From the NCBI GenBank assembly GCA_963776345.1, contig CAVZMH010000017.1, positions 224,001 through 288,000 of the forward strand: a stretch of 64,000 nt of DNA, written 5' to 3'. The translations under genes and the position numbers were made by a program. The stretch comes from an uncultured delta proteobacterium. Lineage in GTDB: Bacteria > Myxococcota > Myxococcia > Myxococcales > Myxococcaceae. Positions within the stretch are counted from its first letter, which is position 1. Each line of letters opens with the position of its first letter. Below are positions 1-10,167 of the stretch, piece by piece. Under the pieces are notes generated by a model. That model searched no databases. It saw nothing but the letters and a program-made list of their open reading frames with translations, and was not told the origin of the DNA.

Positions 1-672
1 CTCGGCCGGCAGTATCTGGCGATCACCGACCACTCGCGGTCGAGACCGCTCGGGCTGACTGGCCCCCAGATGCGAGCGCACGCCCTGGAGATCCGTCGCT
101 TCGGCCTTCAGCAGAGGAAGGGAGCGCCGCGCCTGCTGACCGGGGTGGAGGTCGACATCCTCGAGGACGGAACGCTCGACCTGCCGCTGGACGTCCTCCG
201 GGAGCTGGACTGGGTGGTGGCCAGCGTGCACGCGCACTTCACCGACCCACCCAGGAAGATCACCGAGCGCATGGTCCGCGCGATCCGCTCGGGAGTGGTC
301 GACGTCCTCGGGCACCCCAGCGGACGGCAGCTCGGGATCCGGGACGCCTATGCCTACGACTTCGAGAAGGTGCTCCAGGTGGCCCGGGAGGAAGGCGTGG
401 CGCTCGAGGTGAACGCCATGCCCGAGCGGATGGACCTCGACGACAAGCACTGCCGGCTGGCCAAGGAGGCGGGGGTCGGCCTGGTCATCTCCACCGACGC
501 CCACCACGCGAGCCAGCTGGGGAACCTGCGCTACGGCGTCTGGATGGCCCGGCGCGGGTGGATCGAGCGCGAGGACGTGCTGAACACGCAGAGCGTGGAG
601 CGGCTCGGGCGGAAGCTCCACGGCCGCCGGCGCCGCGCCGGCGCGTCCCCGGAGCTCCAGGCTCCGCACTGA
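1..672 (+). CDS. polX: C-terminal PHP domain of DNA polymerase/3'-5' exonuclease PolX (5' end outside window)
   Basis: Frame open from base 1: LAITDHS...GVEVDIL.DG.LD...VVASVH...DVLGHP...LEVN...ISTDAH...ARRGW, the PHP motifs seen in PolX/YcdX proteins. Confidence 0.8.
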   Translation, partial: LGRQYLAITDHSRSRPLGLTGPQMRAHALEIRRFGLQQRKGAPRLLTGVEVDILEDGTLDLPLDVLRELDWVVASVHAHFTDPPRKITERMVRAIRSGVVDVLGHPSGRQLGIRDAYAYDFEKVLQVAREEGVALEVNAMPERMDLDDKHCRLAKEAGVGLVISTDAHHASQLGNLRYGVWMARRGWIEREDVLNTQSVERLGRKLHGRRRRAGASPELQAPH

Positions 673-777
673 CCTCGAGGCAGGTCCGGGGCCCACCCGC
701 GGCTCCCGAAATGCATGCCCCGTGAGCGAGAGCGCGCCCCACCTTCCGGGTGGGGCCCATGGTCGAGGGGGTGGCCG

Positions 778-1353
778 ATGAGCAGATCTTCCTCAGTCCT
801 GCCCGGACGGCGGGGGGGCGCCAGGCGCTCGGCCGCCGCCCTGTCGATCGTCGCGCTGCTCGCCTGGGCGAGTGGCGGATGCTCCCTCGTCTACGCGAGG
901 GGCCCGCAGCCCGACATGCACCCGCCGCCGCCGTGCACGCCCTCGGACGTTCACGCCTACGCCGACACTGCCCTCGCTGTTGTCTCGGTCGCCGCCGCGG
1001 TCGCCGGCGGCATCGTCTACGCCAACGGAACGAAGAAGCAGTGTTCCGGCGGCGAGTGGTTCTGTGGGATGGAGGAGCAGGTGGGCGGAGGCGGCGCGCT
1101 GATCCTCGGCGGGATCGGCACCCTCATCTTCGTCCCATCGGCGATCGTCGGCTACAACCGGGCCGCTTCCTGTCGAGCCTGGCTCCAGGCGAACCCTCAG
1201 TACGCTCCACCGCCGGCCCCGCCCGAGGCGTCCTCGCTCCTGGTGCCTTCGCGCCCGTGTCTCACCGGCGGTGATGCTCCGCGCCTCTGCGCGTCGGCTG
1301 CGTCCTGGGAATCAAGTGCGAGCGCGTTCACGGAGCTCCGGGCCTCGCACTGA
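778..1353 (+). CDS. hypothetical membrane/lipoprotein
   Basis: Signal-like N-terminus ending in GGC, two hydrophobic segments and Cys pairs; ATG at 778 preferred over 715. Confidence 0.6.
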   Translation: MSRSSSVLPGRRGGARRSAAALSIVALLAWASGGCSLVYARGPQPDMHPPPPCTPSDVHAYADTALAVVSVAAAVAGGIVYANGTKKQCSGGEWFCGMEEQVGGGGALILGGIGTLIFVPSAIVGYNRAASCRAWLQANPQYAPPPAPPEASSLLVPSRPCLTGGDAPRLCASAASWESSASAFTELRASH

Positions 1354-1367
1354 CCGCGGCGCCGCCC

Positions 1368-1796
1368 TCACTTCACGCCGCTGAAGGACCAGCTGAAGTT
1401 CGCGCTCGTCGAGCAGCCCGAGGCCGTTCCCGACGCCTGGGCCGTGAGCGTCTTCCCGTCCGAGCTCAGCGAGGCCGTGCCGCTGGTGAGGGTCACCGTC
1501 ACCGAGGCGCACGAGCCGACCGCGAATGGCGGGCACACCTGCGTGCCGCTCCAGGACGCGCTGTTCCCGCTCCCGCCAGCGGTGATGCTTCCCGCGTTCC
1601 CGGGGCAGACCGGCGAGATGGTCAACGTCGTCTCGGTGGGGAGGGTGATCGTGATCTGCACGGTCTCCGTGGAGTCGAAGCTTCCCATCGTCAGGGTGGC
1701 CGGGCCGGTCCAGAGCCCACTGAACGCGGCATTGAGCTTATCGCTTCCACACCCGGCGAGACCCAGGGCCACGGCAACCACGAGCAATCGTCTCAT
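1368..1796 (-). CDS. hypothetical Ser/Thr-rich lipoprotein
   Basis: MRRLLVVAVALGLAGC lipobox; AGGAGG ribosome-binding site upstream; 3' part of track ORF 1368..2630. Confidence 0.75.
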   Translation of the reverse strand: MRRLLVVAVALGLAGCGSDKLNAAFSGLWTGPATLTMGSFDSTETVQITITLPTETTLTISPVCPGNAGSITAGGSGNSASWSGTQVCPPFAVGSCASVTVTLTSGTASLSSDGKTLTAQASGTASGCSTSANFSWSFSGVK

Positions 1797-1960
1797 CTCA
1801 CTGACCTCCTCGAGCTGGTTCGGCGACGAGGCGCACCCCACGGCCCGCAATGGCTGCGCGGCCCCGACCCGGAGATGCACCTGCTGCACGAAGGACGCCG
1901 GTCTGGAGCCGGCCGGTGAGACGTGCATCCCCGGGGCCAGCCGGAAGCGCTCGATGACGG

Positions 1961-2683
1961 TCAGCTGGCTGCGCGCCGCCGCCGGTCGAAGGAGACGACC
2001 CCCAGCAGCAGGAAGAAGCCCGCCGAGACCAGTCCGTGCCACCAGGCGTGGAGCTGCGGGTTCGGGATGCCGTGGGCCGGGAGCGTGACGCTCACCCACG
2101 GGCAGGCCCTGAGATCGACGAACCACACCGCGATGCCGGTGGCGTACGCCCCGAGCCCAAGCAGGTAGGGCCGGCGGACGGTCCGGTTCTCCGGACGGAG
2201 CGCGAGCCAGCTGAGGCGACCCAGGCAGAAGAGCTCCAGCGCTCCGAAGCTCACGTGGAAGGCCAGGAACTGTGCGCCGCCCCGGTTGAGCGTCGCGCCC
2301 GCCGTCGCGAGCAGCACGTACGCCGCCAGCGCTGCGGGGAACCACGCCCCCAGCCGCCGCTCCGGACCGGTTTCCACCAGCAGCCACGCCATCCAGGTGA
2401 CGAGGTAGAGCATCGGCAGCTCGTCGAGCATCTGCAGCTCGAAGCGGAGCGTGCCGTGGAAGGCGATGCTGCCGAGCCCCACCAGGGTCAGCAGCGCGAA
2501 GGCGAGCCGGACCTCCCGCGCGAATCGGCGCGTCCAGAACCCCACCAGGCCGGCCGCCACGATCGCCAGGCTGGAGAGCGTGTTCCAGAACTCCGCGACC
2601 CACGGCGTGACGGCGTAGTTCTGCTCGCACCAGTCGATGCTCGCCGTGGGGATGCCCCAGAAGCCCACCGGGTCGACCGGCAC
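1961..2683 (-). CDS. alkaline ceramidase (CREST superfamily) membrane hydrolase
   Basis: IDWCEQNY..TPWVAEFWNTLSS, GSIAFHGTL, QMLDELPM and LHAWWH motifs plus about 7 TM helices; start uncertain (GTG 2683, or ATG 2827 inside the inverted repeat). Confidence 0.85.
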   Translation of the reverse strand: MPVDPVGFWGIPTASIDWCEQNYAVTPWVAEFWNTLSSLAIVAAGLVGFWTRRFAREVRLAFALLTLVGLGSIAFHGTLRFELQMLDELPMLYLVTWMAWLLVETGPERRLGAWFPAALAAYVLLATAGATLNRGGAQFLAFHVSFGALELFCLGRLSWLALRPENRTVRRPYLLGLGAYATGIAVWFVDLRACPWVSVTLPAHGIPNPQLHAWWHGLVSAGFFLLLGVVSFDRRRRAAS

Positions 2684-2808
2684 GAGGAGGAGTGTACCCG
2701 TTGCCCGCCGGGGGCGAGGAGGAGCGTGCGGTCGGCGGCGTGCAATGACCGGGGCATCACCAGTCGCGGGCGACTCGGCCCTCCCGCGCCGCGGCCGGGG
2801 TGCCGAGC

Positions 2809-2957
2809 CCGGAGCAATCGTGGACATAGCAACTTCGAGTGTCAGAGTCCGCAGCCCGGGACCCCATCGACGTTCCAACTCATGAGAATTCCGAGGTGCA
2901 GGCTGGGTGCATCCCAGGCCCGCGCCCCCGAAGTTGCTATGTCCACGATTGCTCCGG
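2809..2957. repeat. 29-bp perfect inverted repeat with 91-bp spacer (REPIN/MITE-like)
   Basis: 2809-2837 CCGGAGCAATCGTGGACATAGCAACTTCG is the exact reverse complement of 2929-2957. Confidence 0.9.
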
Positions 2958-3201
2958 AGGCGTCGCCTCCCGGGAGCGCTGGACCGACCGCCAGCGGCGG
3001 TGCCAGCGGCGCCGGTAACGATGGAGAGCGCGGCCATCCTGGGTCCTCGCCCGGCGTTTGGGATGGGGGGAGCGGCGGCATCGGCGATGCGACTTGCCGC
3101 GCGAAGACTCGGGCGCTCTCTTGCTGTACGTCGCGGTCGCGGCGATGGCCGTCGAGCGCCTCCTCACCGAGGTTCGATTGGCCCGCGAGCGGCAGTAGGC
3201 A

Positions 3202-4455
3202 CTAGCCCACCAGCTCGGCGCGCGGCACGTCCAGGCGAAGCCGGCGCCCGGTGACCTGCATCATCATGAACAGGGTGAGGATGGCGCCCACGGTGATGCT
3301 CAGCCCGGTGAAGCCCTTGAGCAGGAAGGTCAGCGAGAAGCCCACCAGGTACACCAGCTGGGCGAGCCCCATCTCCCGGAGCGCGAAGCGCCACCCGACC
3401 AGCCACTGCGCGTAGGTCACCGCAAGGAGAATGGACACCGCGCTGGAGAGGGAGAGGGCCACCCAGAGCGGTACGTGGTCCGCCAGGTACGCGAACAGCA
3501 GGTGGTCGGCGAAGAAGGCGCAGCCGATGAGGAACCAGCACAGCGGATGGAGGCGATGTCCGCGTCCCTCGGCGAGGAGACCGACGACGAAGAAGTAGAA
3601 GAGCAGCGCCACCGGGGCGAAGAAGGTGATGCGTGCGGCGAGCGGGCCGGGGTTGGTCTTCTGCGGCAGCTGGAGCGAGATGGGCGCGCTGCCGACCAGG
3701 CTGCGGAACTCCCAGGTGCCGCGCCAGCCGTGCCCCTCGTTCGCCGCGCGGCTGGGAGAGATGCTCCCCGGCGAGAAGTCGACGCCGCGGTCATTGCTCG
3801 AGAGCTCGAGCGAGAAGTCCCGGATGACCGAGCCTCCGGCCGCGGCGGGGCGGTAGGTCCACGAGGAGGTCCCGCGCGTGCGGTAGCGCACGGCGAAGGC
3901 GTGGCGGGCCGCCGGCTCGAGGGTGAGCGACCACCGCGCCGCGCCTCCCTCGACCTCGGCGGCGATGGGCCGACCCCGGTCGTCGAGCACCTCGAACCCG
4001 TCGTAGATCGCGCCGCGCGCCGGGAGCGGGAAGCTCATCGTCACCGCGCGCGCCACGGCGGTGTCGTTGAGCACCACGTAGCGGCCCTCGAACTCGGCGG
4101 CGTAGGTCGGGAACCAGAGCAGCCCCTTCTGCCGGTGCTCGAGCGCGAGCGAGACCCGGGCCTGCGTGGAGACCAGCGGGAGCGGGAGGGCGATGTCCTC
4201 CATCTTCTGCACCGTGGACTCGTACGGGCGGCCGTTCGCGTCGTAGAGCGTCCTCCGCTCCTCGCGGGGGCGCTGCTCGGTGTACTGGCCACCCGGCGCG
4301 GCCTGGTCGAGCGGCGGGCCCCAGAGCTGGTGGACCTCCTCCACCAGCGCCGAGGACGTCTCGCCCGAGCGGACCAGCAGCGTGGCCCCGAGCAGCATCC
4401 AGGCCGCGGTGCAGCCGGCCCACACCACTCCCAGCACGACGTAGCGTCGGATCAT
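3202..4455 (-). CDS. CreD-like inner membrane protein
   Basis: N-terminal TM, large extracytoplasmic domain (HRQKGLLWFPTY), C-terminal multi-TM block with LHPL and HLLFAYLADH. Confidence 0.6.
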   Translation of the reverse strand: MIRRYVVLGVVWAGCTAAWMLLGATLLVRSGETSSALVEEVHQLWGPPLDQAAPGGQYTEQRPREERRTLYDANGRPYESTVQKMEDIALPLPLVSTQARVSLALEHRQKGLLWFPTYAAEFEGRYVVLNDTAVARAVTMSFPLPARGAIYDGFEVLDDRGRPIAAEVEGGAARWSLTLEPAARHAFAVRYRTRGTSSWTYRPAAAGGSVIRDFSLELSSNDRGVDFSPGSISPSRAANEGHGWRGTWEFRSLVGSAPISLQLPQKTNPGPLAARITFFAPVALLFYFFVVGLLAEGRGHRLHPLCWFLIGCAFFADHLLFAYLADHVPLWVALSLSSAVSILLAVTYAQWLVGWRFALREMGLAQLVYLVGFSLTFLLKGFTGLSITVGAILTLFMMMQVTGRRLRLDVPRAELVG

Positions 4456-5051
4456 GCCGGCGGCGCGGAGCAGCGGGCGTGCCACGGCCCGGGCTCAGCG
4501 GGGGGCCGGAACCGGCGGCGGCCTCGGGGCCGCACGTCGGTGGCCCCACGGCCACGGGTCGGCCTGGCCACGGCCGTCCGCGGCCCCGGGGTCAGCGCCG
4601 GAATTCGCGGGCGATGGAGGCGAAGGCCTCGTCCACCGAGCGGGCGATGGTCGCCTCGAGGCTCTCACCGGCCGTCGAGCGGATCTGGACGACAGGGCAG
4701 CCACGCGCTCGAGCCAGGATGGCGTCGGGCGAGCACGGGTGTCGCTCGTGGAGGGTGCTGCATCGGTCACGGTGGTCACAGGGTCCTTCCTTCCAGCGGG
4801 GTGAATGGCTGCACGCTCCGGGCGGTCCGCGTCGGGCGCCTGGCCGCGTCGAGCGGCACGTCCGGCGCGACCTCCGGGGCGGGAGTCGCCGCCTCGCGGC
4901 TGCCGCCGGGAACGGTGGCGTAGAGGATCAGGGACAGCGGAGCAGAGAAGCGTGATGACGGCACTGGGGTCTCCCACGGGTTGTCTGCCTCCGGGAGACC
5001 CGCGGCGCTCGTCCCGTTGCCGCGTGCTGCACGGACGCGCGACATCTGTGC

Positions 5052-5070
5052 TGTTGCGCCGCGCGCAACA
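5052..5070. promoter_or_regulatory. candidate operator palindrome TGTTGCGC-N3-GCGCAACA
   Basis: Perfect 8-bp inverted repeat in the divergent intergenic region upstream of 5151. Confidence 0.35.
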
Positions 5071-5150
5071 CGCGCTCGCGCGCGGGCCTAACCTGCTCTC
5101 ACCTCCCGGGTGAGATCGCGTGGCCGTCACCGCTTCCGGGAGGTCCTCCG

Positions 5151-5831
5151 ATGAGCGCCATGCAGGCACGCGGTCTGCTCCTGGTCTCCCTCATGTCGGC
5201 GTGGAGCGCACGCGCCCAGGACGTTCCCAGGCCGGAACCGTCCGACGCGTACGAGGAGCAGTTCATCGGATTCGACGACTTCGGCGCCGTCGTCACCGAC
5301 CACGGCCTCGTCACCGGCACGGTGCAGTGGAGCGTCCCCTACGAGGGCAAGTACAAGAAGCCGCTCGCCGGCGTGGACTTCTACCGGAAGCTCGGCCGCG
5401 CCGATCTCCTGCAGGCCTACCAGGACCGGGAGGCACTCCGCACCGGTCTGACGGTGGGTGGAGCGGTGGTCATCGTCGCCGGCGTGATCGCCACCGTGGC
5501 CATCGGGGTGGGTCAGAGTGAAGACTGCGGCCCGGTGACGGCTCCCGGGTTCGCCACGTGCGTGGACCGGAACGCGCACCAGGGATTCGACGCCACGGCC
5601 GGAGCCATCGCCCTCGGAGTGACGCTCCTCGGTGGAGGCCTGGTGTGGGCCGGGGCAGCCATCGACCCGAATCCGGTCGGAACGGTCGAGGCCCGTCAGC
5701 TCGCAGATGCCTACAACCGGGAGCTCCGGCAGCGGCTCGGAGCGGCGCCCAGGGCGGACGCGGTCGACGTTCGCCTCGTTCCTCACCTCGAGCGGGAGGG
5801 GGCCGGGCTGATGCTCGCGGTTCGCTTCTAG
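5151..5831 (+). CDS. hypothetical secreted/membrane protein
   Basis: Signal peptide, two Gly-rich hydrophobic segments, C-terminal ...GLMLAVRF; GGAGG upstream. Confidence 0.7.
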   Translation: MSAMQARGLLLVSLMSAWSARAQDVPRPEPSDAYEEQFIGFDDFGAVVTDHGLVTGTVQWSVPYEGKYKKPLAGVDFYRKLGRADLLQAYQDREALRTGLTVGGAVVIVAGVIATVAIGVGQSEDCGPVTAPGFATCVDRNAHQGFDATAGAIALGVTLLGGGLVWAGAAIDPNPVGTVEARQLADAYNRELRQRLGAAPRADAVDVRLVPHLEREGAGLMLAVRF

Positions 5832-5859
5832 TCGGCGGCCGGGTAGGGTCGACGGCTGG

Positions 5860-7359
5860 ATGGGAATCGCAGAGTACGGACGCCTCGACGCGGTCGGGAT
5901 GGCCGAGCTGGTGCGCCGGCGCGAGCTGAGCGCGCGCGAGCTGGTGGACGAGGCGATCGCCCGGATCGAGCGGGTCGACCCCTCGCTGAACGCGGTGGTC
6001 GAGCGCCTCTTCGACCGCGGCCGGGAGAGCGCCAGGTCGAGCCTCCTCGACGGCCCCTTCGCTGGAGTCCCCTTCGCGACCAAGAACCTGCTCGCTCCCA
6101 TCGCCGGGGTGCGCATCGACGCCGGCAGCCGCTTCTTTCACGGGCACGTGGCCGCCCGGGACAGCACGCTCATCTCGCGGTACCGGAAGGCGGGACTGGT
6201 CTTCCTGGCCACCACCAACACGCCCGAGCTGGGCCTGCTCCCGTTCACCGAGCCCGAGCTGCACGGGCCGACGCGCAACCCCTACGACCTCGCGCGGACC
6301 TCGGGCGGCTCCAGCGGCGGCTCGGCGGCGCTGGTCGCCGCAGGCGCCCTTCCCATGGCCCACGCCAGCGACGGCGGAGGGTCCATCCGGATCCCCTCGT
6401 CGTGCTGCAACCTCTTCGGGCTGAAGCCCTCGCGCGGCCGGGTGCCGGTGGGCCCGGACTACCAGGAGATCTGGCACGGCTTCGTCTGCGACCACGTGGT
6501 CAGCCGCACGGTCCGCGACAGCGCGGCGGCGCTCGACGCCGTCCAGGGTGCCGAGCCAGGAGCGCTCTACTTCACGCCCTCGCCGGAATGGCCGTACCTC
6601 GAGGAGATCCGGCGGCCGCCGCGCCGGCTCCGCATCGCGCTCTCGGTCACCCCGCATCTGCCTGCCCGGGTGGACCCGCGCTGCGTGGAGGCGACGCGGG
6701 CCGCGGGCCGGCTCTGCCAGTCGCTGGGGCACGTGGTTGAGGAGGCGGCCCCGGTCTTTCATCCGCGCGAGCTGGCGAAGGCGTTCTTCACCGTCGTGGT
6801 CTCCGAGGCCGCCTCCGACATCCGGCGGGGCGAGGCGCTGATGAAGAAGAAGGCGCGCCCCCGCGACTTCGAGGACACGACCTGGCTCGTGGCGCTGCTC
6901 GCTCGCGAGGTCAGCGCCGCCGACTTCGCCTCGGCCATGGGGATGCTGCGCGACGTGAGCAAACACGTGACACGGTTCCTCGAGACCTACGACCTGCTGC
7001 TCACCCCGACGCTGGCGCGACCGCCGCCGCTGATCGGCGAGCTCCTGCCCAAGGGCCTCGAGAAGCGGGTCCAGGCGCTCGCCGCGGCGACGTCCTCCTC
7101 GCTGCTCCTCAAGCTCGGAGGCGGCATCGACGCGGCGGTGGACCGGGTGTTCGAGTTCGTCCCGTTCACGCCGCTGGCCAACTTCGCCGGGCTCCCGGCG
7201 ATGTCGGTGCCGCTCGGCGAGGCGGACGGGCTGCCCATCGGGGTCCAGTTCGTCGGACGCTTCGCGGACGAGGCGACGCTGTTCCAGCTCGCGGCCCAGC
7301 TCGAGGAGGCGGCGCCGTGGAGGGGACGACGGCCGAAGGTGACAGCCGACTCGCCGTGA
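5860..7359 (+). CDS. amidase signature family enzyme
   Basis: GVPFATKNL (catalytic Lys), GGSSGGSAA and [10 protein letters not shown] catalytic motifs. Confidence 0.95.
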   Translation: MGIAEYGRLDAVGMAELVRRRELSARELVDEAIARIERVDPSLNAVVERLFDRGRESARSSLLDGPFAGVPFATKNLLAPIAGVRIDAGSRFFHGHVAARDSTLISRYRKAGLVFLATTNTPELGLLPFTEPELHGPTRNPYDLARTSGGSSGGSAALVAAGALPMAHASDGGGSIRIPSSCCNLFGLKPSRGRVPVGPDYQEIWHGFVCDHVVSRTVRDSAAALDAVQGAEPGALYFTPSPEWPYLEEIRRPPRRLRIALSVTPHLPARVDPRCVEATRAAGRLCQSLGHVVEEAAPVFHPRELAKAFFTVVVSEAASDIRRGEALMKKKARPRDFEDTTWLVALLAREVSAADFASAMGMLRDVSKHVTRFLETYDLLLTPTLARPPPLIGELLPKGLEKRVQALAAATSSSLLLKLGGGIDAAVDRVFEFVPFTPLANFAGLPAMSVPLGEADGLPIGVQFVGRFADEATLFQLAAQLEEAAPWRGRRPKVTADSP

Positions 7360-7362
7360 CCT

Positions 7363-7659
7363 TCAGGTCGCCGCGAGCACGTCCGCTTCCTCGGCCAGCT
7401 TCGTGTCCCGCCAGGTCAGTCCGCCTGCGTCGTGGGTGACCAGGGCGAGCGTCACCTTCGAGTAGCGGATGTCGATGTCCGGATGGTGGTCCGCCGCGTC
7501 CGCCGCGTCGGCCACCCGGTTCACGAAGGCCATCGCCACCCGGAAGTCGGCGAAGGCGAACGTCCGGCGAATCATCCCGCCCTCGAGCGCCCATCCGGGG
7601 TGCGTCTTCAGCCAGCCCTGCACCTCTGCATCCCCCAGCTTCGTCCGGTCGCGTGCCAT
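7363..7659 (-). CDS. phhB: pterin-4-alpha-carbinolamine dehydratase
   Basis: 98 aa; F.DF..AMAFVNRVA, HHPDI and THDAGGLT.RD motifs. Confidence 0.92.
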   Translation of the reverse strand: MARDRTKLGDAEVQGWLKTHPGWALEGGMIRRTFAFADFRVAMAFVNRVADAADAADHHPDIDIRYSKVTLALVTHDAGGLTWRDTKLAEEADVLAAT

Positions 7660-7670
7660 GGCCCGGCTCT

Positions 7671-9155
7671 CTACGCCCGTTCCACCGCCCGCTTCCACTT
7701 GGCCAGGGCGTGGGCCCGCGCGGCGTCCTCCATCTTCGGCTTGAAGGTCTTGCCCGGGTGCCACGAGGCGCGGATCTCCTCCGGGTCGTTCCACACGCCC
7801 GCCCCGAGGCCGGCGAGGAAGGCCGCCCCGGCGGCCGTGGTCTGGAGGTTCCTCGGGCGCACCACCGGGATCCCCAGGATGTCCGCCTGGTACTGCATCA
7901 GGAGATCGTTGGCGCTCGCCCCGCCATCTACCTTGAGCACCGGGATGGGCCGCCCCGAGTCCTGGGTCATGGCCTGGGCCAGCTCGTAGGTCTGCAGCGC
8001 GATGCCCTCGAGCACTGCCCGCGCCACGTGGCCGAGGTGGGTCGAGCGATCCAGCCCCATCAGGAGCCCTCGCGCCTCGGGCCTCCAGTGCGGCGCGCCG
8101 AGGCCCGCCAGCGCCGGGACGAAGACCACCTCGCCCGAGTCCGCCACGCTCCGGGCCAGCTTCTCCACCTGCGCCGACTTCTTGATCGCCTGCAGCCCGT
8201 CGCGGAGCCACTGCACCGCCGCGCCGGCGACGAAGCTCGAGCCCTCGAGCGCGTAGGTCACCGAGTCCCCCAGCTGCCAGGCCACCGTCGTCAGGAGCCC
8301 GGACTTCGAGGTCACCGGCTCGGGCCCGGTGTTCATCAGCAGGAAGCTGCCCGTCCCGTAGGTGCACTTCGACTCGCCGGGGCGGAAGCAGGCCTGACCG
8401 AAGAGCGCCGCCTGCTGGTCGCCCGCCATCCCCGAGACCGGGATGCCGTCGGGCAGCGCGTCCATCCCCTTGGTGGTGCCGTAGACCTCGGCGCAGCTGC
8501 GGATCTCCGGGAGGATCTGCGGAGGGATGCCGAACAGCTCGATCATCGCCTCGCTCCACCCCCGGCCGCGCAGGTCGTAGAGCAGGGTGCGGCTGGCGTT
8601 GGAGGCGTCGGTGACGTGCGCTGCGCCGGCTGTGAGCCGGTGGACCAGCCAGGAGTCGATGGTCCCGAAGCAGAGCGCCCCCGCCTCGGCCAGCATGCGG
8701 AGCCCGTCCACGTTGTCCAGCAGCCAGCGCAGCTTGGTCGCGCTGAAGTACGGGTCGAGCACCAGGCCGGTGGTCTCGCGGACGCGTTCCTCCTCGCCCT
8801 TGGCCTTCAGCTCGGCGCAGGCCTCGGCGGTGCGCCGGTCCTGCCAGACGATGGCCCGGGCCAGGGGCTCGCCCGTCTCGCGGTGCCAGACCGCGGTGGT
8901 TTCCCGCTGGTTGGTGATGCCGATGGCGGTCACCATGTCGGGGCGGATCTCGGCGTCGGCCAGGCCCTTCTTGCAGCAGCGCTCGACCGTCTTCCAGATC
9001 TCCCGCAGGTCGTGCTCCACCCAGCCGGGCCGCGGGAAGTGCTGGGTGAACTCCCGGTACGCCTCGCCCACGACCTCCAGCCGGTCGTCGACGACGAGGA
9101 CGTGCGTGCCGGTCGTGCCCTGATCGATTGCCAGGAGGTAGCGCCGCTTGGCCAT
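7671..9155 (-). CDS. glpK: glycerol kinase
   Basis: AIDQGTTG, GITNQRET, IVWQDRRT, DPYFSATK, GDQQAALFGQ, KCTYGTG, YALEGS. Confidence 0.97.
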   Translation of the reverse strand: MAKRRYLLAIDQGTTGTHVLVVDDRLEVVGEAYREFTQHFPRPGWVEHDLREIWKTVERCCKKGLADAEIRPDMVTAIGITNQRETTAVWHRETGEPLARAIVWQDRRTAEACAELKAKGEEERVRETTGLVLDPYFSATKLRWLLDNVDGLRMLAEAGALCFGTIDSWLVHRLTAGAAHVTDASNASRTLLYDLRGRGWSEAMIELFGIPPQILPEIRSCAEVYGTTKGMDALPDGIPVSGMAGDQQAALFGQACFRPGESKCTYGTGSFLLMNTGPEPVTSKSGLLTTVAWQLGDSVTYALEGSSFVAGAAVQWLRDGLQAIKKSAQVEKLARSVADSGEVVFVPALAGLGAPHWRPEARGLLMGLDRSTHLGHVARAVLEGIALQTYELAQAMTQDSGRPIPVLKVDGGASANDLLMQYQADILGIPVVRPRNLQTTAAGAAFLAGLGAGVWNDPEEIRASWHPGKTFKPKMEDAARAHALAKWKRAVERA

Positions 9156-9202
9156 GGAGCCCGGCAGGGTAGCGGATCGCCGGAGGGCCGTGTGCGACGC
9201 CC

Positions 9203-9291
9203 GACGAGGTCACGTGACGAGGTCGTGACGAGGTGTCCGTGACGAGGTGTCTGACACCGGGTGACGACCGAGTCACGAGGTGTCTGGCACC
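9203..9291. repeat. palindromic REP-like repeat locus A with tandem half-site duplications
   Basis: CGTGACGAGGTGTC x2 (9224-9251), central T, GACACC; shorter GACGAGGT copies upstream; second palindrome GGTGTCTGGCACC at 9279-9291. Confidence 0.8.
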
Positions 9292-9317
9292 GCGTTATCT
9301 CGCGTCTCCGGACCCGT

Positions 9318-10103
9318 TCAGCGCACTGCGGCAGGGCCCAGCGTGCGGTCCACGAACGCCGTCACCTCGGCCGCCACCAGCTCCCGGTTGCGGTCCCGGG
9401 GCAGGATGTGCGCGCTGTCCTCGATGCGCACGTAGCGAACCGCGGGCGACTTCCCCAGCCGCCGCACCAGCGCCGCGGCCCCCGCCGGGTCCACCACGTG
9501 GTCCTCGGCCGCCACCACCACCAGCACCGGACAGGTCACCCGCGCCGCCGAGCCCCACGCCAGGTCCTGCATCTCCCAGAGGTCCCGGAGGCGGGCGGAG
9601 GGCCAGGCCCGGAGCACCGGAGCCTCGGCCCGCGCCGCTGGGTCGAGCAGGTCCGTCGTGTCCTTGCGCACCCACGGGCGGAGCAGCTCCAGCAGCGGGG
9701 CCGCCACGCGCAGCGCGCGGAGCGAGTTCAGCGTCCGGTCCCGGAAGCGCACCGCCGGCGCCAGCGCCGCCACCCCGGCCACCCGTGTCGGGTGCCGCGC
9801 CGCGAGCACCAGGGCGAGGAGCGCGCCCATCGACAGCCCGGCCACCGCCACCCGCCGGCCCGGGAGCCTGGCCAGGGCGTTGTCACAGGCGAGGAGCCAG
9901 TCCGGGGCGCGTGCCTCGAGCATCGCCGCCGGCGTCGTCCCATGCCCGGGCAGCCGGACCCCCTGGACGGCGATGCCGGCCCGCGACAGCGCCTCGCCCA
10001 GGGGCCGCATGTCCCAGGGGGAGCCGGTGAAGCCGTGGATGAGGAGGCACGCGCCGCGTTCGCCTGGCAGTTCGAAGGGGGCGGTCTTGCCCTCGTCGAG
10101 CAC
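9318..10103 (-). CDS. alpha/beta-hydrolase carboxylesterase
   Basis: IHGFTGSP oxyanion motif, GLSMG nucleophile elbow, EDHVV and SAHIL; GTG 10103 chosen as start. Confidence 0.88.
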   Translation of the reverse strand: MLDEGKTAPFELPGERGACLLIHGFTGSPWDMRPLGEALSRAGIAVQGVRLPGHGTTPAAMLEARAPDWLLACDNALARLPGRRVAVAGLSMGALLALVLAARHPTRVAGVAALAPAVRFRDRTLNSLRALRVAAPLLELLRPWVRKDTTDLLDPAARAEAPVLRAWPSARLRDLWEMQDLAWGSAARVTCPVLVVVAAEDHVVDPAGAAALVRRLGKSPAVRYVRIEDSAHILPRDRNRELVAAEVTAFVDRTLGPAAVR

Positions 10104-10167
10104 GGCGTCGGTCGGCTCCGCCCCGCCTCTGGCCACCCGCGCGGGAGGGGCGGTATGCAGGCGCTCC

